Shown piece after piece: positions 12,274-24,500 of a DNA stretch of 64,000 bases. The stretch is from Eledone cirrhosa. Lineage: Eukaryota. Made by a program: the position numbers and the translations under genes. Position 1 is the first letter of the stretch, and every line of letters starts with the position of its first letter. Below the pieces are notes generated by a model. The model was not told the DNA's origin, made no database searches, and saw nothing but the letters and a program-made list of their open reading frames with translations. The stretch is taken from the NCBI GenBank assembly GCA_964016885.1, contig OZ024740.1, forward strand, positions 211,916,001 through 211,980,000, read 5' to 3'.

Positions 12274-15200
12274 ATGGCCAATATAAGAATTGGATGTGTG
12301 AACGTACGCGGCCTGGGGATGCCCTGGAAACAGGGCAAACTCTTAAACGACCTCAGGTCGCACAGTTTGGATGTGGTAGCCATTTGCGAGTCCAGGATCC
12401 ACGGCGAGCGACAGCTGGCCCCCATCTTCGATGACTTTGAGATCTATGCATCTCTCTGTCAACCGGGGGGTGGGGGCGGAGTTGCCGTTTTGCTGTGGAA
12501 ACACCTGGGCCTCGTAACACAGACGGTACATCTGGACCCGGAGGGTCGACTGGTGGTCCTAGACGTTGACGGTAGTGAAGGTGGAGCCTTCAGGCTGGTG
12601 GCCGCATATGCCCCATCCGGGACACCGCGGCCAGACTTCTTCAAACGTCTAGAGACTTTTCTGGGAACGTCCCGCTCCTTGCTTTTAGTGGGGGACTGGA
12701 ATGGAATCCTAGATGCACGTTGGGACTATGTGGGAGCATGTCCCGAAAAAGGGGGGTGTAACAGCCTCAAACAGTTAATCGACCGATTTGACCTGGCCGA
12801 TAGATATCGACTAGATTTTCCGACTGCGCCACTGTGGACGTGGAGTAATCGTAGCGGAACATCTAGATCGTACCTAGATAGGGTTCTAGTTAGAAATAAG
12901 GATAGGGACATGTTAAGCTGTCCACAAATGTTCATGGTTGCCTATTCAGATCACAAACTAGTGACCTGCATGGCCAACCTTGATAGAACCCATAGACAAG
13001 GACCCGGCTACTGGAAGCTGAACTTGTCGTTACCGACAAGCAAAGCCTACAGTAGACGGATTAGCACTTTAGTTAAATAGCACTTGACAGGGGCCATTGT
13101 CAACAACAGATGGTGGTACTCTCTCAAGAGGGCAGTTAGATTAGACTCGATAGTTTTTAGTAAAGAATTAGCGTTAGATAGAAATAGAACCGAGAAGGAA
13201 CTGGTAGATAAAGTAGAAGAGGCAATTAGAAGTGGCAACGTAGCCAGCGTGCTAGCAACGAGAACGGCCTTGGACCAGTTCTTCGACGCAAAGCACGAGG
13301 GCTGCGTTATCAGAAGCAAAATACGTGCTCTGGGAAACGAGGGAGCCAAAGCTGTTAGCTGGGCCCGAGTGACGTAGGCAAAAAGTGGCAACAATCCACG
13401 ATTCGGTCTTTGAAGGAACAAAACGGACGCGTGATACGTGAGCCGAAGCAGATGTGTGCGGCTTTTCAGCGGCACTTTGCTCGGCTGTTCGGGGGGAGCG
13501 GCGCGCCGGGAGAGGCTATGGATTTCGGTCCATACCTCGACGGCCTACCGCGACTCTCGGACAGTGAGGCGAAGTTCTGCGAAAAGCCGATTTCAGCCAC
13601 TGAGATAGGGGACGCGCTGAGCCAATGCGGCAAACGCAAATCTCCAGGTCTCGACGGTCTCCCCTACGAATTTTACGTAGCAATGCCGGACTTATTCTCC
13701 GGTCTCCTGGAAGCGGTCTACTGCAACTGGCAACAGAACGGGAGAATTCCCAGTTCTGTAACCGGGGGCGTGGTCACACTAATCAGGAAGGACGAGAACA
13801 AGGGGGATGACATAGGCAACTTCCGGCCCATAACTCTGCTAAACACAGAGTTACAGATTTTGGCCAAGGTGTTGGCAAAGAGGCTGGCGCTTGTCGTCGA
13901 GAACCTGGTGGGAGAAGCGCAGACATGCGCGATCCCGACCAGGTCCATACACGACAACCTCCACCTCATGCGATACATCATAGAGAGGGTAGGGTGTAAA
14001 CCCGGCTTCGGTGGGGCCCTGATCAACTTGGATCAGTCTAAGGCTTTCGATAGGGTTGACCATCGTTACCTGGATGCGGTGCTCGAGGCGACAGGCTTCG
14101 GACCCGTGTTCAGGGGCTGGATTGCTGCAATGCACAACAGCAACATCTGCTCAAGGGTCAAGGTGAACGGTTACCTCTCGGAGCCGTTCCATATTACGCG
14201 ATCCATTCGACAGGGATGCCCTCTCTCCTCCCTTCTGTACGTACTGACTCTCGAGCCACTACTGCGGAAGCTGGAGCTATTGCAGGGCATCCCTCTGGAA
14301 CCGGGACTGCGGAAAGCGGCGTCGGCCTACGCCGACGACGTGAAAGTAATGGCGCCTCGCAAATCGAGGAAGTCGGCACCTTACTAAAGGAATACGAAAG
14401 TCTCACAGGAGCGAAGCTGAACCGGGACAAGTCCATCGGTTTGCAACTCGGATCGTGGTGAGGTAGACCGATGCCTTCCGATGGCGTCGTCGGACGCTGG
14501 ACGGAAGGACCGGTAAAGCTGCTCGGGGTCTGGTTTGGTCCGGACCTCCAGGTGGAGAAGAACTGGAACGAAGTGACGGCCAAGGTATTTTCACTCACCC
14601 AGAAGTGGGCCGAGTGCAAACTATCCTTGAAAGGTCGAGCGGAGGTGGCGAACACTTTTATAGCGTCCGCCATCTACTACCGCTTGACCGTCGTGCCTTG
14701 TCCAGCCAAAACGCTCGCCAAAATGGAGCGCGCCCTCTTCCGATTCCTTTGGAAGAGGCGGGCTCCTTTGGTAAGAAGATCCATCTGCTGCCAACACCCT
14801 TCTAACGGAGGGCTGGGGATGCCGTGGTTGACGATGCGCAAACACGCGCTCAGACTGCGGCATCTCTACGTATTCCTCACCGGACAACCGGTGTGGGCCC
14901 CGTTCGTGAAGCGAGCCTTCCCACGAATCGTCTCGCTGACCGAGCTGCAGTCCTGGGTCAAGCAGAGACCGAGGAAAATGGGCGACTGGCACATCGAATG
15001 TGCTCAGGTGCTCACAGCCCTCTGGCAGGCGGACCCGGCGATCAGTGGAGACTCCACTTCGTCATTCTATAGAGGGTTGGTCCGCAGAAAGTGCGACGAC
15101 GCGCTCGGTGAAACTCTAGTCGTGGAGGAAGATGAACTGGCCAGTCTGTTCGGTAGGACCCTCCGCCCGGGACCGATGGACAACTTCCAAAAGTCCCTGG

Positions 15201-15703
15201 CCTGGCAGTGCTACCGAGGAGCTCTACCAGTTCGAGACAAGCTCTACAGACATGGGCGCCCGGGCAGGGACCCTGCAAAAAAGATCTGTCCGAGGTGCGT
15301 GCGAGACGAAGAAACAGTCGCGCACGCATTCATACACTGCCCGGGCGTCACTGACCTGTGGGGCTATGTAGAACGACTATTGTCGCGGGTGGGACCAATC
15401 CAGTTGACCACCGAGTCCATTGTCATGATCAAACCGCCACCCTCCTTCAAAAACGAAGGAGAGGCGGTTTTCCTTTGTGTGATAGCTATGGCGAAAGAGG
15501 TTGTATGGTGGACAAGGTTGAAAGGGCTGAGGTCAGACACCTTTCTCTCCGGCCAACAACTGATTCTTTTTTTCAAATACCACTTTGGAAGAAGAATCAG
15601 GATGGAGAGAGATGTGCTGTACCCCAGCAAGTTTTATGAAAGGTGGGTGAAAGTGGCGAGAATGGCCCGAGTGAATGGGCCTTCTCTCTATATCAGCCTG
15701 TAG
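12274..15703 (+). pseudogene. Copy C ORF2 (APE-RT), several stops and frameshifts
   Basis: ORFs 12274-13080, 13084-13377, 13410-14387, 14471-15703. Confidence 0.93.
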
Positions 15704-15950
15704 GTTGAGGAAAAGGAGGAGGAGAGGAAAGGAGTACAAGCTCTTCGTACTCCTGGAGATGAGGGTTGCACATTTTTTTCGGGGGTCTGTGTTACCCATA
15801 TAAACTGTCTCCCTCTATTGGGGAAAATCGACTAACTTTTAAATTCCATCTGTGATAACATTTTACACGTTTTTATTGTATGTAAACTTCCCCCTTTGTA
15901 TTTGTCCCCTTCTTTTGTGCCCCTGTGGCTAATAAAGAAATATATCTATC

Positions 15951-18649
15951 AGACGTGTGTAACTTCGCGGAGAAGTTTCCGTTAATTTATGTAAGAAAAA
16001 AACGTGAGTTTTTAGTTAAATTTCATATCATTGTGTAACTTGACCACCCGTCTGAACCCTCAGGTGGTGGGTCAACTCATTTTCGCCCCTATAGGGGCGG
16101 AATATCCATTTAAAAAATTTTTCTCCATCGAATCTTTGAAAAAATATTGTAAAATTTTGATTACGTTATGAACGCTGCGTGCAACGATAATGGTGGTGGA
16201 GAGGCGGTAAGACTACAAAGCTCGCAGTCAACAACTTCTTCTTCACTAGATACTATAGAGATGGAAAGACAGAATGAAAATGTAAAAACGAATTCATATT
16301 CAAACAACACAAATGACACCAAACAGTTCAATGACAACAAAAATAACAGCAACACCAATAATGATGATAAAAGCAACAATGATAACAACAACAATAATGA
16401 CAACACCACCAATACGGATTCCACAAAGAAACCAAAAATCTGCTTTGCAGAGAAAGTTCAAAAGAAGGAGAATTGATATATCTCGACATAACAAATGCTG
16501 AACAACTTTTAAAGGACGCTAAGAGATATGTCACTTTCGAAAAAAATGGTGCTTTCAGCATCAATTCTCCGGTAGAAATTCGCAAGGAAACTGCTCTCAA
16601 AACGATAGTTTTTAGGACAGTTTCCAATTCTACCCGAAAACCAGCCAATTGTCACAGAAAGAAATTGAACTGGTTTTCAAAAATTCAATGAATGATATTG
16701 CATTCATTCAAAGAAGCAAACTTTTTGGGAGTATTTCGGTGCTGATGAAGGATCAATTGACGGCCCAAAATTACTGTGTCTCCAATTGTATCCAACCTGT
16801 ACACCTTTTTCCCTACATACATGGGAAAAAGGACACAAAAGATCAGAATCACAAGTGTCACACCAAAGGTGAACATATGGTGGATACTGTGCGGCTTCAT
16901 CAATTTTGATGAAGACAGAATACTGTCAGTAGGAAAGTCCCCCAGAGATGTATTCAATGGGACTAGCATTGAAGTTCTGGTGCAAATGAGCCCGGAGCGA
17001 ATAGCTATGATCGCACAGCGTGTACTCCTGGACGGACTCACCTACATAAACTTTTCGGTTGAGGATAGGCGGCCTTCATGTTACCATTGGTTTAGCAGGG
17101 GTCACCTGAGGGCTTCCTGTCCTAAATTAATGAACCAAAAAAAGGCTCTTATGCCGACACCCATCAAAACAACACAACCACCAACACCACCACAACAACA
17201 ACACCAACACACAAAAATAACCACAACAAACACAGTCCCACCCAACCCCACTCCACCTAAAACCACTGCAAAATCACATACAGACACAACAGCTCCCCAA
17301 TCACACAGACGATACAACAGATGAGGCTATCTCGCCATCACCCAGTGAAGACGAGGGAGAATCGCATCGCTCGAAAAGAAAGAAAAGACATCACAAAAGC
17401 AAAAAAACCAGCAAACACTGCCACAAACATACAACCACCAACAGAAACAACAAAAACATCACAAACAAAACCCCCACCTCCTGAAAACAAAATACCTACA
17501 ACAAAACGAAAGCACACACAAGAACTACAGACAAAAATTAACACAACACAAGAAAATTACACTTACACTTACATAAACACTGAAAACAAAACACTAATGG
17601 AGACCATCACGAACGACCCTTCGGTTTTCACCGAAGGGAAAACTTTCGCCCACTCTATTAAAAATAGCAAAAAACTGAACCTAAAACTGATTAGGGTCCC
17701 TATATAAACTTATAGGTCCCTAAAAGAAACATTTGAGAAGGATGTGGGGAATTCCTGCGTGAAACCACTCAACCGCGTCCTTCTCAAATGTCTCCCCACG
17801 CCAGACACCCCCATCCCACCAGACCCCACCCCACCAAACATCTGCGTCCCCACCCCGCCGGAAACCACCACCCATCCAGACAACCCCTCCAACACCCCCA
17901 TGGAAATCGTGCGGCCTGGTCCCCAGGAGACGAGGGGTGAGTGATCTCTTTTCCTCTTTTAACTTTTCAGCACCAACATGGCCAATATAAGAATTGGATG
18001 TGTGAACGTACGCGGCCTGGGGATGACCTGGAAACAGGGCAAACTCTTAAACGACCTCAGGTCGCACAGTATGGATGTGGTAGCCATTTGCGAGTCCAGG
18101 ATCCACGGTGAAGGACAGCTGGCCCCATCTTCGATGACTTTGAGATCTACGCATCTCTCTGTCAACCGGCGGTGGGGGCGGAGTTGCCGTTTTGCTGCGG
18201 AAACACCTGGGCCTCGTAACACAGACGGTACATATGGACCCGGAGGGTCGACTGGTGGTCCTAGATGTTGACGGTAGTGAAGGTGGAGCCTTCAGGCTGG
18301 TGGCTGCATATGCCCCATCCTGGACACCGCGGCCAGACTTCTTCAAACGTCTAGAGACTTTTCTGGGAACGTCTCGGACCCTCGGGCCTTCTCTCTATAT
18401 CAGCCTGTAGGTTGAGGAAAAGGAGGAGGAGAGGAAAGGAGTACAAACGCTTCGTACTCCTGGAGATGAGGGTTGCACATTTTTTTTCGGGGGTATGTGT
18501 TACTCATATAAACTGTCTCCCTCTATTGGGGAAAATCGACTAACTTTTTAAATTCCATTTGTGATAACATTTTACACGTTTTTATTGTATCTAAACTTCC
18601 CCCTTTATATTTGTCTCCTTCTTTTGTGCCCCTGTGGCTAATAAAAAAA
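15951..18649 (+). mobile_element. Copy D: internally deleted C-family element (ORF1, first ~400 nt and last ~27 nt of ORF2, 3'UTR)
   Basis: Near-identical to C; junction gtctcg|gaccct|cgggccttct at 18371-18392. Confidence 0.92.
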
Positions 18650-18659
18650 TATATCTATC

Positions 18660-21494
18660 AGACGTGTGTAACTTCGCGGAGAAGTTTCCGTTAATTTATG
18701 TAAGAAAAAAACGTAAGTTTTTAGTTAATTTTATATCATTGTGTAACTCGACCCCCCGTCGGGACCTTCAGGTGGTGGGTCAACTCATTTTCGCCCCTAC
18801 AGGGGCGGAATATCCATTTGAAATATTTTTTCTCCATCGAATCTTGGAAAAAAATATTGTAAAATTTTGATTACGTTATGAACGCTGCGTCCAACGATAA
18901 TGGTGGTGGAGAGGCGCTAAGACTACAAAGCTCGCAGTCAACAACGTCTTCTTCACTAAATACTATAGAGATGGAAAGACGAAATGAAAATGTAAAAACG
19001 AATTCATATCCAAACAACACAAATGACACCAAACAATTCAATGACAACAAAAATAACAGCAACACCAATAATGATGATAAAAGTAACAATGATAACAACA
19101 ACAAAGAAAAAAATAAAGACAACACCAATAACACCAGCATCAAAGACAACAACAACACCAAGGAAAATACGGATAATACCAACATCGGTGACAACTGGAA
19201 TAACAACAACAATAACAACAATAATGACAAAACCACCAATACGGATTCTACAAAGAAACCAAAACTTCCTTTGCAGAGAAAGTTCAAAAAAAGGAGGAAT
19301 TGATATATCTCGACATAACAAAAGCTGAACAACTTTTAAAGGACGCTAGGAGATATGTCACTTTCGAAAAAAATGGTGCTTTCAGCATCAATTCTCCGGT
19401 AGAAATTCGCAAGGATACTGCTCTCAAAACGATAGTTTTTAGGACAGTTTCCAATTCTACCCGAAAACCAGTCCAATTGACGGCCCAAAATTACTCTGTG
19501 TCGCCAATTGTATCCAACCTCTACACCTTTTTCCCTACATACATGGGAAAAGGGACACAAAAGATCAGAATGACGAGTGTCACACCAAAGGTGAACATAT
19601 GGTGGATACTGTGCGGCTTCATCAATTTTGATGAAGACAGAATACTGTTAGTAGGAAAGTCCCCCAGAGATGTATTCAATGGGACTAGCATTGAAATTCT
19701 GGTGCAAATGAGCCCAGAGCGAATAGCTATGATCCCACAACGTGTACTCCTGGACGAACTCACCTACATAAACTTTTCGGTTGAGGGTAGGCGGCCTTCA
19801 CGTTACCATTGGTTTAGCAGGGGTCACCTGAGGGCTTCCTGTCCTAAATTAATGAATCAAAAAAGGCTCTTCTGCCGACACCCATCAAAACAACACAACC
19901 ACCAACACCACCGCCACAACAACAACACCAACACACAAAAATAACCACAACAAACACAGTCTCACCCAACTCCACTCCACCTAAAACCACTGCAAAATTA
20001 CATACAGACACAACAGCTCCCCAAGACATACCCCTCCCCAATCATACAGACGATACAACAGATGAGGCTATCTCGCCATCACCCAGTGAAGACGAGGGAG
20101 AACCCAATCGCTCGAAAAGAAAGAAAAGACATCACAAAAGCAAAAAACCAGCAAACACTACCACAAACATACAACCACCAGGATGTGGGGAATTCCTGCG
20201 TGAAACCACTCAACCGCGTCCTTCTCAAATGTCTCCCCACCCCAGACACCCCCATCCCACCAGACCCCACCCCACCAAACATCTGAGTCCCCACTCCGCC
20301 GGAAACCACCACCCATCCAGACAACCCCTCCAACACCCCCATGGAAATCGTGCGGCCTGGTCCCCAGAAGACGAAGGGTGAGTGATCTCTTTTCCTCTTT
20401 TAACTTTTCAGCACCAACATGGCCAATATAAGAGTTGGATGTGTGAACGTACGCGGCCTGGGGATGCCCTGGAAACAGGGCAAACTCTTAAACGACCTCA
20501 GGTCGCACAGTATGGATGTGGTAGCCATTTGCGAGTCCAGGATCCACGGCGAGCGACAGCTGGCCCCCATCTTCGATAACTTTGAGATCTACGCATCTCT
20601 CTGTCAACCGGGGGGTGGGGGAGGAGTTGCCGTTTTGCTGCGGAAACACCTGGGCCTCGTACCACAGACGGTACATCTGGACCCGGAGGGTCGACTGGTG
20701 GTCCTAGACGTTGACGGTAGTGAAGGTGGAGCCTTCAGGCTGGTGGCCGCATATGCCCCATCCGGGACACCGCGGCCAGACTTCTTCAAACGTCTAGAGA
20801 CTTTTCTGGGAATGTCTCGGACCCTGCAAAAAAGATCTGTCCGAGGTGCGTGCGAGACGAAGAAACCTTCGCGCACGCATTCATACACTGCCCGGGCGTC
20901 ACTGACCTGTGGGGCTATGTAGAACGATTATTGTCGCGGGTGGGACCAATCCAGTTGATCACCGAGTCCATTGTCATGATCAAACCGCCACTCTCCTTCA
21001 AAAACGAAGGAGAGGCGGTTATTCTTTGTGTGATAGCTATGGCGAAAGAGGTTGTATGGTGGTCAAGGTTGAAAGGGCTGAGGTCAGACACCTTTCTCTC
21101 CGGCCAACAACTGATTCTTTTTTTCAAATACTACTTTGGAAGAAGAATCAGGATGGAGGAGAGGTGCTGTACCCCAGCAAGTTTTATGAAAGGTGGGTGA
21201 AAGTGGCGAGAATGGCCCGAGTGAATGGGCCTTCTCTCTATATCAGCCTGTAGGTTGAGGAAAAGGAGGAGGAGAGGAAAGGAGTACAAACTCTTCGTAC
21301 CCCTGGAGATGAGGGTTGCACATTTTTTTTTTAGGGGGTATGTGTTACCCATATAAACTGTCTCCCTCTATTGGGGAAAATCGACTAACTTTTTAAATTC
21401 CATTTGTGATAACATTTTACACGTTTTTATTGTATCTAAACTTCCCCCTTTGTATTTGTCCCCTTATTTTGTGCCCCTGTGGCTAATAAAGAAA
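18660..21494 (+). mobile_element. Copy E: internally deleted C-family element
   Basis: Near-identical to C; junction gtctcg|gaccctgcaaaa at 20814-20831 removes ~2.6 kb including the RT. Confidence 0.92.
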
Positions 21495-21520
21495 TATATC
21501 TATCTATCTCTCTTTCTGTC

Positions 21521-24500
21521 TGACGTGTGGAACATCGCCGGTAAGCTTTTTTGTTAATTTCTATGCAAAAAAACGATCTAATTGTTTGAAAAAACACAAC
21601 ACTTTGTAGATTAACCCCCAAGCTGAATTGTCAGCAGGGTGGTAATTCCAATTTTCGCCCCCGCAGGGGCGAAAATTTTATTTTAAAAATTTGTTTTAAA
21701 ATATCAGATTTTACAAAGTAAATAACTTGAGCAACACTAGAACGCTGGAGAACGTTAATAGTGAAAACAGAGAGAAAGTGGCAGATATTAACGTTATATC
21801 TGCTTCTGCTACTATAGACGTCGCCATAGATACAACTGTCACAAAAGAAAAAAATATATTAACATTTGAAAATTTTACAATTTCTACCGCGGAAAAAAAT
21901 AACAATAACACACAGGAAAACACAGCAAAAAAACCCATTGACATACATACACATGAAAAAGACATCAACAACTCTACAGATACATCTACACATAAAGTTT
22001 CACCTCGACAAGGAACTGAGATTTCCAATAAAGATAACAACATCATCAACAGCAACACCACACAAAAAAAGAAAATGTCTTTCGCTGACACAGTGAACAA
22101 GAAACAAGATCTTATAAATCTTGATATCTCCAACGCAAGAGATATGCTCCAGCAAGGGAGAAAATGTGTAACTTTCGAAGAAAGAGGTGGGTTTAGAATT
22201 AACTCACCCCTTGAAATAAAGGAAAACACAAACCGCCGATCAATCACTTTTAGGACTGTGTTAAATTCGTCAAGAAAGCCGACATTTGTTAATCAAGCAG
22301 ATATAGAAGATTCTTTCAAGGAAATTCTAGCAAATGTCGATTTTCTCCAGCGAGGAAAACACTACGAAAGTGTTTCCGTACTGTTTAAAAGCGAGGCACT
22401 CGCCCCAAAAAACTCTGTGACACCAATAGTGTAAAAAGCATACACCTTTTTCCCTACATACATGGGGAAAAGGACACAAGAAATAAAAATAAAAAACATA
22501 CCTCCAAGCATTTACATCTGGTGGATCTTGGCTGGCTTCGTAGAGCCAGAAACAGACATAATACTTTCGATACGAAAATCTATTCGACAAAGGTGGGCGG
22601 GCACAGATTTGGAGATTCTGTTGCAAATGAAACCGGAGAGAATCTCCAAAATACCCGAAAGAGTCGTTATTGATAATAACAACAAAATAAACATTTCGGT
22701 AGAAGGACGAAAATTTCATTGCTTTCGCTGTGGTAGCACAGCTCACCTAAAAGCTTCTTGTCCACAAACACACAACAACAACATCATAAAAAAAACGCTA
22801 TTACCAACACCAACACCAAAACAACCACCACCACCACAAGTACAACGACAGACGAAACGAACAACCACACCAAAACAAACAGACACTCAACCAACAACAA
22901 CAGAAAAAACAGAGACAACACCCCTGAAGAACACATCCCCACTCCATCCCACTCCATCAAACACTACCACAAACACACATACCGAAACACCACCACCACC
23001 ACACAACATACCCTTACCCCCCACACCTGACGATGATTATTCATCGACGGATGAAGCTGCTTCTCCTTCTTTAAGTGAAGAAGAGGAAGAACCGCAGAAA
23101 TCTAAAAAACAAAAAAAAGAGACATCACAAAACCCCCAAAACTCCAATCACCAACACCAACACACAACCACAGACACAAACAACAACACAAACAACACCA
23201 CAGTCAAACACCCCCCTATCAGCAAAACCAGCACCAACACCACCCCAAACACAAGCACCCACCATAAAAAGAAAACTCCCAGACGAACAACAAACTAAAA
23301 CAACACAACAAAAACACAAACAACAATACGCATAAATCAACGCAAACAACAAGAGTTTGATGGAGGTCATCTCCCAAAACCCCAAGGTGGAGACGGAGGG
23401 CAAAACTTTCGTCAAGGCAGAATCGTCTCCACACCTTAAACTTATAAGGGTTTCTATGGAAACCTATAAAGACCTAAAAATTAAATTTTCACAGGACGTG
23501 GGCAACCCCTGCCACAAACCCATCAACCGCGTCCTGTTTAAATGTTTCCCCACCCCACCCAACACCCCATCCAGCACCCAAATGGAGATTGAACAACCCG
23601 ATCTCCAGGAAACGAAAAGGTAAGTGCACCTTTCGCCCTTTTTCTCCAACTTTTCCTCACCAACATGGCTGGTTTACGAGTTGGAACCGTGAATGTGCGT
23701 GGCCTAGGGATGCCCTGGAAACAGGGCCAACTTTTAAACGACCTTAGGTCACACAGTATGGATGTGATAGCCATCACCGAGTCCAGGATCCACAACAGGC
23801 AGCAACTAACCCCCATCTTCGACGACTTTGAGATCTACGCATCTCTCTGTCAGCCAGGAGGTGGAGGTGGAGTGGCTGTTATGTTTCGGAAGAACCTGGA
23901 CGTCGGAGTACAGCAAGTACACTTGGACCCGGAGGGTAGACTGGTAGTCCTAGACGTGAACAGTATCGGAGGAGGAGCCTTCAGACTAGTGGCCGTTTAT
24001 GCCCCGACCGGGCAATCGCAATCACGGCCAGACTTCTTTAAGCGTCTAGAGTCTTTTCTGGGAACGTCTCGCTCCTTACTTTTAGTGGGGGACTGGAATG
24101 GTATCCTAGATGCACGATGGCTCTATGTGGGAGCATGTCCCAGTAGAGCGGGGTGCAACAGCCTCAAAACTTTAATCGGCCAATTCCAACTGGCCGATAG
24201 GTATCGACTGGATTTCCCGACTGCACCACAGTGGACGTGGGTAAACCGCAGTGGGACATCTAGATCGTATTTAGATAGGTTCTTCATTAGAGAAAGGGAC
24301 AAGGAGATGTTAAGCTGTCCACGAATGCACATGGTTGCCTATTCAGATCACAAGTTAGTCGTCTGCTTAGTCAACCGTGATAGAATACATAGACAGGGTC
24401 CCGGATACAGGAAGCTGAACGTGTCGTTGCCGGCACGTAAAGCTTACAGTGAACGGATAAGTAGACTAGTCAAGCAACAGTTAACGGGAGCCATCGTCAA

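Larger units (their letters stand above)
10110..15940 (+). mobile_element. Tx1/L1-clade element, copy C (full length, decayed)
   Basis: Starts AGACGTGTG; ORF1 10326-12240; ORF2 12274-15703; AATAAA 15931-15936. Confidence 0.93.

Noticed and set aside
18371-20831. D and E as retrotransposed spliced RNAs
   Set aside because: Breakpoints lack GT-AG and do not coincide with the predicted donor or acceptor.
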